This document shows, in pieces, positions 9,101 to 16,696 of a DNA stretch of 33,016 bases. The stretch is from contig JAFVXX010000116.1 of NCBI GenBank assembly GCA_017500905.1, positions 1 through 33,016 of the forward strand, written 5' to 3'. The notes under the pieces are model-generated. The model was not told the origin of the DNA, ran no database searches, and saw only the letters and a list, made by a program, of their open reading frames with translations. This DNA is from Clostridia bacterium. Lineage in GTDB: Bacteria > Bacillota > Clostridia > Christensenellales > CAG-314. A program made the translations under genes and the position numbers. Position 1 is the first letter of the stretch. Each line of letters opens with the position of its first letter.

Positions 9101-11532
9101 CACTTCTTGCTGTACTACTTGGTATCGAACGTGACGAGTTTGTCGTAGCAGAAGGCACTGCAGAAGTTGCACCAAATGCATTCCAAAAGACAGACATCGC
9201 AAAGATTGTAATTGCAAGCACAGTTCAAAAGTTAAACAAAGCATTCGGTCAAAGCTACGTTGAAGACATCCAAATCCTTGACGGTGACATTCCATTGGTT
9301 CTTAACGGAGCTTTCGATAGCGTTCAATACGTAGATGAGATCACCATTCCTGCACGTGCAGTATCCATGATCAACTACCCACTGAGCTACTCCTACATCA
9401 AGAAGGTAAGCTTTGCTCCAAACTCCAAAATGGAAACAATGGGCGACATCTTCTGCTTTGCTTTGGGATTGGAAGAGATCTTCATTCCAAAGTCGGTAAA
9501 GACAATTACGATGTTGGAAGAGTTTAGCACTCCAACCTTGAAGAAGGTTGAGTTTGAGGAAGGTAGCCAACTTACCGAATGGGGCGTATTGTACGGCTTC
9601 TTGGAAGCTAAGTTGCTGCCTGACAAGCTTTGGGAGACAACAGATATCAATGGCGACGGCGTAGTCAACGGTGACGACATTGTTTTGACTCCTGTTGAAG
9701 TAATCAACTTCCCATTTGAAACAGTTTTGACTTATGCAGAGGGCTCGTTGGCAAACAGCACCATCACAAAGGCTAACTTTGCAGAAGGTCTTACAACCGT
9801 TCCTGCAAACTTGTTTAGCTTCTACCAAGATGAACAGGTCTTCTACAGAAAGAACTTCGTAACCGAGGTTACAATCCCAAGTACAGCTACAAGCATTGGT
9901 GCAAATGCATTTGCATACACAGGCATCACTGAAATGGTACTTCCGGAAGGCTTGTTGTCCATTGGCGACGGCGCATTTGAAGGCTGCAAACAGCTTACAA
10001 GCATCACGTGGCCAAGCACCTTGGAGCGCATCGGTAAGAGAGCGTTTAAGGATTGCGTAGGCTTGACAACCGTTACACTTGCTAACACACTTGTCAACGG
10101 CCCAGATCCAGCAGGTAGTGCTCGTGACGCAGAGCTTGGTCTTGACGACAGCGCATTTGAAAACTGCGTCAATCTTGAACAAGTTACGTTTACCGAAGGC
10201 GGCACAGCAGGCTTCTCCATCGGTAAGTACGCATTCAAAAACACACCAAAGCTTACAAGCATCACATTCCCAGAAAGACTTGTTGACGGCTTCTACTCCA
10301 ACAACGCCAACGGTGTTGACGAAGGCTTCATCCGTGAAGGCGCATTCCAAGGCTCCGGCTTGACAGAGGTTGTTCTTCCATACTCGCTAAGCTGCAAGAC
10401 ACTTGGTGTAAGAGCATTTGCAGATTGTGCAAACTTGACAAGCGTAACACTTGGCTACGGCATTGAAATGGTTAGCGAATACGCATTTGAAAACTGCGCT
10501 AAGCTGGAATACGCATTTATTCCTGCATCGGTTAAGACCTTTACAAATGCATTCTTTGGATGTGACAAGGTTGAACTTGACATTGACGCTGACAACCTTG
10601 ACTTTACAATGGTAAACGGCGTAATGTACAACGCTGCAGAAACTGCTATTATCTACGTAGCAAAAGATGCATCCGGCGAAGTAAATATGCCAAACACAGT
10701 AAAGACTGTTGCTCAAGGTGCATTCAAGGGCATTGCAGGCATTACTTCTGTAAAATTGAGCACCGCTTTGACAGCTGTAGAGGACTACATGTTTGAAGGC
10801 TCGGGCGTTACAAGCGTAGTAATTCCAAACGGCGTAACAACCATTGGCAAAAATGCATTTAAGAATTGCGTAAATCTTCAAACCGTAACCTTTGAAAAGG
10901 GCGGCACAAAGAATTTGACAATCGGCGAAGCTGCATTCCAAGGTTGTACGTCTCTACTTGCAGTAGAAATCCCAGATCGTTGCCGTTCTAACTCTAACGC
11001 AAGCAACCCAGTATATGCAGTTGGCAACAACGCATTCCAAGGTTGTACAGCATTGGCAAGTGTAACTTTTGAAGAACACACCGAAACAAGTGCGTTTGAA
11101 GAACTTTACTTATCCGGTATCCCAACAGACGTATTGACAATTGGCCATTACGCATTCCAAGGTTGTACGTCCTTGACAACAATCTCCTTCCCATACAGAT
11201 TGTTGGATGCTAACAGAGCAAATGGTGTTGTTGCTATCGGTAACTTCGCATTTGACGGTTGTACACAACTTGCAACTGTAAACTTCTGGACAAATCCAGA
11301 TACAGGCGATGTCGGTACATGGCACAGCTCTTACATTGCAATGGGTGGTAACGCATTTACGAATACTGCTTTGACAACTATCCGCATCCCATACAACACC
11401 GAATTTGCAAGAGCAACTAGCGAGGGTGGCGGATACTACGGCATTAAGTACTTCAATGGCGAGTGGGCTTCTTACACAATGGAAGGTCCATTTGTAAACG
11501 AAGGCGTTGAAATTACATACGGTGCAAACTAA
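3160..11532 (+). CDS. Giant (2790 aa) surface lipoprotein with InlB B-repeats, Fn3-like modules and an extensive BspA/TpLRR (LRR_5) array
   Basis: Signal peptide with lipobox FVAC (Cys29). Four B-repeat-like units (e.g. YTVTFNTNGG...FLGWY...VYANW; REGYEFAGWW...LYAMW). About five units of type LTWAQVVGATNYQVTV / ITWDVVEGATYDVKV. From ~aa 830 dozens of IPxxVxxIGxxAFxxCxxLxxIxF repeats. No C-terminal LPxTG, SLH or TM anchor. Confidence 0.92.
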   Translation: MTARKWNYLMKTLVVVLLVAVIGFTFVACGKNNSTPVSGVYYYEAEGEEYQITLSEDFGFVLDANGEIRSGEYFGDGTNLRLVFGKDDETTATLKDGVFKLTYGTATFNMLQRVNYTVTFNTNGGNAVDAQKVLNGKTATKPVDPTRANDRFLGWYVDSAFSAPFNFDTQIITQDTTVYANWEAEDPNQPEFVVNFDANYQGAAAVASQTTYNGKLTALPEVTREGYEFAGWWASMVGTGDKLSYQCDTSYVFANNTTLYAMWVATTGVKQPVVTVAGNAISWTTTANAEYVFEVTGPQGFTAISKTTQANSEVVDFANAPAGEYAISVAAKVGQEQSAATVVYYVNKGLAMPEVWVAEPATLVYSQVPNAEKYIVTIECGSQGHQHYVDNGKSTTLPFANCEMKEGGIVFTVTAVANGYASATTTYVYDKVLAQVTGVAFDNATETLTWAQVVGATNYQVTVTAGQQTYTYNNGTSNSFSLKQFAQGEISVAIVAQSKGYNASQATTYTYNKATVATPSNIKVVGNQITWDVVEGATYDVKVGSSVYACDTASFDITTVAGLAAGTKYQVSVRAKAATTSNWSDAVTVGYQVLENVSYYANVATWDAVAGATMYKVKVTGASEFEVEGANYAPITFTQAGANTIAVCFYNGSQWSNWVETTVQVYAVEFDARLGAGVDAVYVATGDTVDLDVTTRSGYDFAGWYNAPGGAATGAYNYKDGFVYDLTTSTVLFAAWTPMKATVSYNFMGMGDATDFGTTTVTFGEGYALKVPTPPSTAYSFGGWFGDIACRDNKLTDEHGNSFTNWDYYQPERTVYAKWYQLLTFTKLNDGTYRVKKGPDISKVKEVTIPAEFDGVAVTQIAGFAFERCYELEVINIPDTIKYIDLLGKAFDKCSRLKEVNVYHVEGNNEIVYKSDNGILLVYDKNGTQKLELGFVPATMQGTFDVPAGVEVIPEKLFAKSSITEITIPASVSIIEPYAFQNCASLKRVTFLPAAEGETPAQLTIGQYAFAGCKALEEITLPANLVNLATTESGEVTAFNSCVKLQNVFVAEGNQNYKNPIDKTGIVLNNEGVLVYAPNAITGAYTIPAGVTAIGPYTFAQAKELTEIVIPAWVTSVQPYAFYNATNLGKVTFEAAQASFGAVTIGEYAFANCAFLTEVVYQAGSNVVELGNSAFAGCSALMALEIPATVTKVGNKVFSGCGARTATIADGENAITFGTGVYENCKNLYEIKLPARVTALPEGAFAGCESLRNVKVDEANTILKDIDGVLFTKDGKELLFFSQVRGGDYEVPAGVEKIGAGVFQDNTSLTNITFGADVKEIGDYAFAGCTAITNLHIGANVTRIGKHAFDGCSLKTVTFDQTGTEELVIDEYAFQAGINNTSTSSSKLVLDIPARVKAIGSYAFYSAKFVGVKFNEGLVTIGDYAFANNTYLYGNDYDDKARGGTLAFPQSVTTVGDYAFYRCSKLTVLKLDTVENWGDYAFRDCSGISDVTFPTAWEVIPKGFMWMSSSSGLKNFKGTVTIAKTVKQIEYRAFYSAFTYAAGLVFEEGGTADLVIGTKGKEDVRTGEWIDNGNYSSEAFYYLGKSNSSFKVVNLPDRLTIIGIASFKGASKITTFNISENSKLANIGEEAFSGCSALTSIFIPSTVVNLPQTPGYDQACAIGYRAFYNCSKLATITFEKDATATAATAPLTLDSQAFYGCKASGFTTLDLPGRLTYNLDADGVSYLLPGMDLNTFNATDLKTITIDEGEGCTLMAENNIIYSVDQTHLYYAAPKLTGDVTIPKETTDIAKNAFKSNTGLTKIIFEKGGTADLVIGDSAFEGCTNITEAAMPERVVTIGSRAFYNCKLLPSIYVPASVTSIGSSAFQGSGMTYTSIEFGRNDDGTVNFKSIPNSMFNAWEGMTEWEVPEGVETVGSDFIANTSLRDSITKLTFPSTLTSINNPTTNRQVLYSFVGLTEVVFNNNNALKCEDGAIYTKDGATLLAVLLGIERDEFVVAEGTAEVAPNAFQKTDIAKIVIASTVQKLNKAFGQSYVEDIQILDGDIPLVLNGAFDSVQYVDEITIPARAVSMINYPLSYSYIKKVSFAPNSKMETMGDIFCFALGLEEIFIPKSVKTITMLEEFSTPTLKKVEFEEGSQLTEWGVLYGFLEAKLLPDKLWETTDINGDGVVNGDDIVLTPVEVINFPFETVLTYAEGSLANSTITKANFAEGLTTVPANLFSFYQDEQVFYRKNFVTEVTIPSTATSIGANAFAYTGITEMVLPEGLLSIGDGAFEGCKQLTSITWPSTLERIGKRAFKDCVGLTTVTLANTLVNGPDPAGSARDAELGLDDSAFENCVNLEQVTFTEGGTAGFSIGKYAFKNTPKLTSITFPERLVDGFYSNNANGVDEGFIREGAFQGSGLTEVVLPYSLSCKTLGVRAFADCANLTSVTLGYGIEMVSEYAFENCAKLEYAFIPASVKTFTNAFFGCDKVELDIDADNLDFTMVNGVMYNAAETAIIYVAKDASGEVNMPNTVKTVAQGAFKGIAGITSVKLSTALTAVEDYMFEGSGVTSVVIPNGVTTIGKNAFKNCVNLQTVTFEKGGTKNLTIGEAAFQGCTSLLAVEIPDRCRSNSNASNPVYAVGNNAFQGCTALASVTFEEHTETSAFEELYLSGIPTDVLTIGHYAFQGCTSLTTISFPYRLLDANRANGVVAIGNFAFDGCTQLATVNFWTNPDTGDVGTWHSSYIAMGGNAFTNTALTTIRIPYNTEFARATSEGGGYYGIKYFNGEWASYTMEGPFVNEGVEITYGAN

Positions 11533-11564
11533 TTGAAAAATTAGTTACAAACTAAATTAATTTT

Positions 11565-11607
11565 GGTTCGCGCGCCATGCGCCCACGTGTGCGTGGCGCG
11601 ACGAATC
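11565..11607 (+). other. GC-rich intercistronic stem-loop without a U-tract
   Basis: cgcgccatgcgc (11571-82) pairs with gtgcgtggcgcg (11589-600) with two G-U pairs, extended by ggttcg/cgaatc; no poly-T follows. Confidence 0.7.
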
Positions 11608-11716
11608 TATACATCCCACTTTGCCTAACAGAAGTAAAAACTTGCCTGTTTTTTGGCAAAAACGCCACTTTTTTTAGGTAAAGTACGTGGGATGGCATTT
11701 TATTGTATAGAAACAA

Positions 11717-11745
11717 TTTACAAAACGTGTCAAATTTGGTAAAAT
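11717..11745 (+). promoter_or_regulatory. Putative internal sigma-A promoter for the MoxR/vWA genes
   Basis: TTTACA (11717-22), 17 bp, TAAAAT (11740-45) with extended -10 TG; AAGGAG RBS before ATG 11771. Confidence 0.6.
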
Positions 11746-11770
11746 AGTTTGACTAAAGGAGATTTTTAAT

Positions 11771-12823
11771 ATGAATGGCAAACAACTTTTTAACAAACAT
11801 ATTTCCCGCTTGAGGTGGGAAGGTGTACTGCGTTCCTTGTTTTTGGGGCTTGCAGTGGGTTTTGCCGTTGTATTTGTTGTTACGGCATTGCTGATACTGC
11901 TTTCGGTCTACGAAAAGATGTGGATTGTATTGGTAGCAGGAGCAAGTGCATTTGTGCTTTCGGTCCCTGTGGCATACTTTGTGTTTTACCGTCCAAACGT
12001 ATTGGCGGCAGCGCGTCGTCTTGACCAAACGGGATTGGAGGAAAGGGTAATTACAATGATGGAGCTTGCAAACGACCAGTCGATTATGGCAAGCTTACAA
12101 CGTCGTGATGCAACAGCAACGTTACAAAAGGTAAGCACCAAGGCAATCAAGATTGCGTTTCCCGTGGCATTGGCTATTGCGTGTGCTATTTGCTTGGTAC
12201 CGGCTACGGCTACAACCACCTACTACGCTTTGGTAAGCAACGGCTCTGTTGGACCGGTCATTCCTTTACCACCGGAGGAAACGTTTCAGATTGTGTACGA
12301 CGTGCATGAGGATGGCGGCGGCGAAATTTTGGACGAGCCCATCCAAGAGGTGATTCGTGGTGATGATGGTGTGACAGTTGAGGCAGTCCCAATGGAGGGA
12401 TATGCTTTTGACAGCTGGAGTGACGGATTTTCTGACCCTATCAGACAGGAAACCAACGTGCAAGACAACTTGTACGTAGTGGCAAGGTTTATTCCGGTTG
12501 GTGACGGCATGGAGGGCGACGGAGAGCCCGGCGAAAACGAAGGTGAGGGCAGTAAACCCCCACCGGAAAGTGATGCGTCCGAGCCAAGCGAAAAGCCATC
12601 GCATCAAGGTAGTGGTAAGTACGACCCTGCCAACCAAATAATCAATGGCCAAATTTTTTACGGCGACGTCTTTTTGGAGTACTACGAGCAAGCCATGAAG
12701 GAGCTTGCCGAAAACACCACAATGTCGGACGAATTGCGCGAAATAATTAAGGCGTACTTTGACATTTTATATCGAGAAAACGACACGGGCGAAGGCAGTG
12801 GTACAACACCCCCTAATCCCTGA
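11771..12823 (+). CDS. Membrane protein (3 TM) with a divergent InlB B-repeat-like domain, acidic linker and C-terminal helix; MoxR-operon accessory subunit
   Basis: Two N-terminal TMs, then AAARRLDQTGLEERVITMMEL, a third TM, EAVPMEGYAFDSWSDG...DNLYVVARF, a G/E/P/S-rich linker and REIIKAYFDILY. The layout recalls DUF4175-type proteins of MoxR operons (from memory, unverified). Confidence 0.75.
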   Translation: MNGKQLFNKHISRLRWEGVLRSLFLGLAVGFAVVFVVTALLILLSVYEKMWIVLVAGASAFVLSVPVAYFVFYRPNVLAAARRLDQTGLEERVITMMELANDQSIMASLQRRDATATLQKVSTKAIKIAFPVALAIACAICLVPATATTTYYALVSNGSVGPVIPLPPEETFQIVYDVHEDGGGEILDEPIQEVIRGDDGVTVEAVPMEGYAFDSWSDGFSDPIRQETNVQDNLYVVARFIPVGDGMEGDGEPGENEGEGSKPPPESDASEPSEKPSHQGSGKYDPANQIINGQIFYGDVFLEYYEQAMKELAENTTMSDELREIIKAYFDILYRENDTGEGSGTTPPNP

Positions 12824-12859
12824 TTAAATACAAAATACATATTAGAGAGGCAATAAAAA

Positions 12860-13897
12860 ATGATAACAGAAGCAAACATCGAAAAATTTAGCCAACAATG
12901 TAGCAAAATTTTTGAACAAATCAGACGTGACGTCATTGGTCAAACAGATATCATCGAAGGCACCGTAATTGCCATGATTGCTGGTGGTAACGTGCTTTTG
13001 GAAGGTGTTCCGGGCGTTGGTAAAACACGTTTGGTACGTAGCTTGGGCCGTGTATTTGACCTGCCATTTTCACGTATTCAATTTACTCCCGACTTGATGC
13101 CTGCCGACGTAACAGGTACAAACATCATCGTCAAGGATGAGCAAGGCAACTCTACCTTCCAATTTCAACCCGGCCCTGTATTTAGCAACATAATTTTGGC
13201 CGACGAAATCAACCGTGCTACGCCAAAGACACAATCCGCTTTGCTTGAAGCAATGCAAGAGCACACCGTAACGGTTATGGGTGTATCTCGCAAATTGCAA
13301 GAGCCTTTCTTCGTGCTTGCAACACAAAACCCAATCGAGCAAGACGGTACGTATCCACTTCCCGAAGCGCAAATGGACCGTTTTATGTTTAAGCTGATTG
13401 TCAAAAACCCAAGCCTAAACGAGCTTATGGACATTGTCACCATGACTCAAAAGACCATGGCCGAGGTTGCTGACGCTGTTTGCAGTGGCGAGGAGCTGCT
13501 TGAAATGAGAAAGACAGCCAATGCTATCCCAGTAGCAGAGGAAGTGCTTAGATACGCAATGACGTTGTGCTCGGCAACTCACCCTGACAGCGAGTGCGCA
13601 TCCAACGCTGCTAAAAAGTACGTTCGTCTTGGCGCAAGCCCACGTGCAGGACAAGCATTGATTTCGGCTGCAAAGGTAAAGGCATTGATGAGCGGTCGCT
13701 TCAACGTTTCGTACAACGACGTCAACGAGCTTGCTTACCCTGTATTGCGTCACCGTATGAAGATGACCTTTGAGGCAATTGCAGAAAGAGTGACTCCGGA
13801 CCAAGTAATTGGTATGATCATTGACGAACTAAACGGCAAAAAGCCAAGCGCAGAAGTAAAAGAAGAAACAAAAAAAGGTAAATTTGGGAGAAAATAA
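12860..13897 (+). CDS. moxR: MoxR-family AAA+ ATPase
   Basis: VLLEGVPGVGKT (Walker A), RIQFTPDLMPADVTG, ILADEINRATPKTQSALLEAMQE (Walker B), ATQNPIEQDGTYPLPEAQMDRF, GASPRA, VLRHR. Confidence 0.97.
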   Translation: MITEANIEKFSQQCSKIFEQIRRDVIGQTDIIEGTVIAMIAGGNVLLEGVPGVGKTRLVRSLGRVFDLPFSRIQFTPDLMPADVTGTNIIVKDEQGNSTFQFQPGPVFSNIILADEINRATPKTQSALLEAMQEHTVTVMGVSRKLQEPFFVLATQNPIEQDGTYPLPEAQMDRFMFKLIVKNPSLNELMDIVTMTQKTMAEVADAVCSGEELLEMRKTANAIPVAEEVLRYAMTLCSATHPDSECASNAAKKYVRLGASPRAGQALISAAKVKALMSGRFNVSYNDVNELAYPVLRHRMKMTFEAIAERVTPDQVIGMIIDELNGKKPSAEVKEETKKGKFGRK

Positions 13898-14793
13898 TGA
13901 AGGGCTCGTACTTAAATGACGCATTTTTCGGTCGTTTAGAGACGCTTGCACTCAACCTTCGTGCAGACCTTACGGGATTTTTTGGGGGCAAACACTTGGT
14001 CAAGACCTACGGTCAAACGGTCGAGTTTGCCGACTACCGTGAGTATATGCTGGGGGACGACATTCGTCGTATCGACTGGAATCTATACAGTCGTTTTGAA
14101 AAGTTTTTCCTCAAATTGTTTACTGACGAAAGACAAATGCACATCCACTTGTTTTTGGATTGCTCGGCATCAATGGGCAAGGTAGAGCCTCAAAAGGGCA
14201 ACTACGCTGTTGCCGTTGCTGCTGCACTGGGATTTTTGGCCGTGCACAACATGGACAAAACGTCCTTTAAGCTGATCAAAGGCAACCGTGTTGAGGATCC
14301 GTTTGGCACAATCGTTGGTAAAAACACCTTTTTCAAAGCGATTAGTCAATTAGAAAATTTGCAATTTGATGGCGACAGCAGCATTGCTGATGCCGTGTGT
14401 AATTGCGAAATGGGCTCTAATGACGGTCTTGCTGTCATCATCAGCGACTTTTTTTCCGAAAACGAATGGAAAAAGGCTGTTGACTACCTGACGTACAAGC
14501 GTAAGCAAGTGCTTTTGGTACAAATTGTTACGCAGGACGAATTGGACCCCATCTACAGTGGTAGGTTTGACCTCATCGACTCGGAGGCTGAAGAGCTGAT
14601 GGACAGCAGAAACCTACGTCTACGCATTACACCAAGTCAACAAATTGCATATCAAGAGGCGCTTGCCGACATCTTTGAGGATATCAGGCAATATTGCGTT
14701 TCTCATGGCGCAGGCTACCTGCGTGTCTCCACGGACAAGCCGTTGGAGCAAATGTTGTTTAGCGAATTACTAAAGGTAGGTATCATGGAATGA
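13897..14793 (+). CDS. DUF58 domain protein with vWA-like C-terminus
   Basis: EFADYREYMLGDDIRRIDWNLYSR DUF58 signature; LDCSASM MIDAS-like motif; IISDF; TAATG overlap with the moxR stop codon. Confidence 0.93.
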   Translation: MKGSYLNDAFFGRLETLALNLRADLTGFFGGKHLVKTYGQTVEFADYREYMLGDDIRRIDWNLYSRFEKFFLKLFTDERQMHIHLFLDCSASMGKVEPQKGNYAVAVAAALGFLAVHNMDKTSFKLIKGNRVEDPFGTIVGKNTFFKAISQLENLQFDGDSSIADAVCNCEMGSNDGLAVIISDFFSENEWKKAVDYLTYKRKQVLLVQIVTQDELDPIYSGRFDLIDSEAEELMDSRNLRLRITPSQQIAYQEALADIFEDIRQYCVSHGAGYLRVSTDKPLEQMLFSELLKVGIME

Positions 14794-16694
14794 AGTGGTT
14801 AGTACCTTTGGGATTTATAGGGCTGGTCGGCATTTTGGTGCTGATTTTAATCTACATACTTAAGCCCAACTATCAACAAAAGTTTATTTCCAGCACGTAC
14901 GTGTGGAAAATGAGCTTGAAATATCGTAAAAAGAAAATTCCTGTCAGCAAACTACGCAATTTGCTTATTTTGATTTGCCAAATTTTGTCTATTGCGTTGC
15001 TGGCTACCATTTTGGCAAGACCAATCATCCCAGGCGAAGAGCTTAGCAACAATGAAAAGATTGTAATCATCGATTCGTCTGCCAGCATGCTTACCCAAGT
15101 TGATGGTGTTACTCGCTACGAAAGGGCTGTTACGCAAGTGAAAGCCTTGACGGAAGATGTTTTGTCAATGGACAACGGATGTCTGTCAATTATTTTGGCG
15201 GGCGAAACCACCAAGGTGCTTGCACAAAGGGCGCTCCCTGAAGAAAAGGACGAGGTTGTTGCAGCGCTGACTCCGTTGATTTCAGACAAGCTAAATCTTG
15301 CGTGTGGATATGGCGATGCCGATATCGACGGTGCAATGGCTTTGGCAGAGGAAATTTTGTTTGAAAACCCCAACGCCGAGGTTGTGCTGTACACGGGTAC
15401 AAACTACTTGCGCAAAAACGGCGTAAATGTAGTGGACGTATCCAGCGAATTGGAGTGGAACGTTGCCGTTTTGAGCTGCGAGTCCGACCTTGTAGAGGGC
15501 TACTGCCTGTTTAGCGTTGAGGTTTCAAACTACCATGGTCCGGACGTTGGCCCCGGCGACGTAACCGTTTCCATTGCTTTGGAAAACGCCAACGGTCTGG
15601 GACAAACAATGTCTATGGGACAAAAGGTAAATTGCGACAACGAAGTAACAAAGGTAGAGTTTTACTTTGCTGACCTTTCCAATGCCGTATATTCCTACGA
15701 CACTGCTCGTATATACGTTGAGTACGAGGACAGCAACATGCTGGACAACGTGTTCTACCTGTACGGCGGCAACAAGGAAAACGTCAAAATTCAGTACGCA
15801 AGTGGCAAGGCAAACCCATTTTTCCAAGCAACGCTGCTTGCAATGCGTGACCGTATGAGCTGGCGCTGGAACATTACTCTTGATGACGTACAACCCAACG
15901 AAACTCCCGTTTTGGAAGGCTTTGACTTGTACATCTTTGAGCACAAGGCTCCTCAACAATTGCCAAACGACGGCGTTGTAATCTTGATGAACACAAACGT
16001 GGTGCCTACCGGACTGGATGGGTTGAGCTACGCCGCAGTTGAAAGCGAAATAAGTGGCACCTTTACCGGTGTAAGCGAGCACCCAATTTTGAAGGAGGTT
16101 GACGTTTCGCAGATTGAAACAAGCGCATTTTTCCCGATTATGTCCTACGACGACTTTGAGCCCGTTATGTACTGTGGCACCTATCCAATGCTGCTTGTCA
16201 GAAACAATCCTGCTCAAAAGATTGCCGTAATGCCATTTTCGGTGCACAATTCCACCGTTGCAATGACGGAGTTTGCAGCAATCATTTACAACCTGTTTAA
16301 CTACTTCTTGCCATCTACTGCAACACAAAACGTGTTTGAGGTAAATCAAGAGGCCGAGTTTAATTGCCGTGGCGCAAAGCTTAGCGTAAAGGGTCCAAAC
16401 AACTTTGATCAAGAGTTTGTCGAATTTCCTGCTAAGGTAAAGATGGAAATGCCGGGGACCTACTCTATTGAGCAAGTGCTTGTATCGGGCAACACCATCG
16501 TAGAAAAGGTGTTTGTTCACATTGCCAAGGACCACAGCAACGTTTTGCTGGAGGTTGAAGAGCTTACGGCCCCTGTAGTACAAGAAAACAACAAAACCAT
16601 TGATCGTGATTTGATCATTTGGTTTGCAATTGCATTGGTAGCATTGCTGTTTATCGAGTGGATTTTGCACACTCGTGACTTTAAGCGGAGGTAA
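14790..16694 (+). CDS. BatA-type N-terminal double-TM plus vWA domain membrane protein with a C-terminal TM
   Basis: MKWLVPLGFIGLVGILVLILIYILKP...ISSTYVW...LLILICQIL...LARP double anchor; IIDSSASM (DxSxS MIDAS); C-terminal DLIIWFAIALVALLFIEW TM; ATGA overlap with DUF58. Confidence 0.88.
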   Translation: MKWLVPLGFIGLVGILVLILIYILKPNYQQKFISSTYVWKMSLKYRKKKIPVSKLRNLLILICQILSIALLATILARPIIPGEELSNNEKIVIIDSSASMLTQVDGVTRYERAVTQVKALTEDVLSMDNGCLSIILAGETTKVLAQRALPEEKDEVVAALTPLISDKLNLACGYGDADIDGAMALAEEILFENPNAEVVLYTGTNYLRKNGVNVVDVSSELEWNVAVLSCESDLVEGYCLFSVEVSNYHGPDVGPGDVTVSIALENANGLGQTMSMGQKVNCDNEVTKVEFYFADLSNAVYSYDTARIYVEYEDSNMLDNVFYLYGGNKENVKIQYASGKANPFFQATLLAMRDRMSWRWNITLDDVQPNETPVLEGFDLYIFEHKAPQQLPNDGVVILMNTNVVPTGLDGLSYAAVESEISGTFTGVSEHPILKEVDVSQIETSAFFPIMSYDDFEPVMYCGTYPMLLVRNNPAQKIAVMPFSVHNSTVAMTEFAAIIYNLFNYFLPSTATQNVFEVNQEAEFNCRGAKLSVKGPNNFDQEFVEFPAKVKMEMPGTYSIEQVLVSGNTIVEKVFVHIAKDHSNVLLEVEELTAPVVQENNKTIDRDLIIWFAIALVALLFIEWILHTRDFKRR

Positions 16695-16696
16695 GT

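Noticed and set aside
9643-9687. Complete dockerin, implying a cellulosome component
   Set aside because: Only one Ca2+-loop copy is present, it is internal, and no cohesin or CAZyme is recognisable in the window. Kept only as a single-loop finding.
3319-11325. Long minus-strand ORFs (e.g. 3559-4743, 4792-6180, 9232-10350) opposite the giant gene
   Set aside because: They are C/V/L-rich antisense shadows produced by the strong codon bias of the sense gene, with no recognisable motifs.
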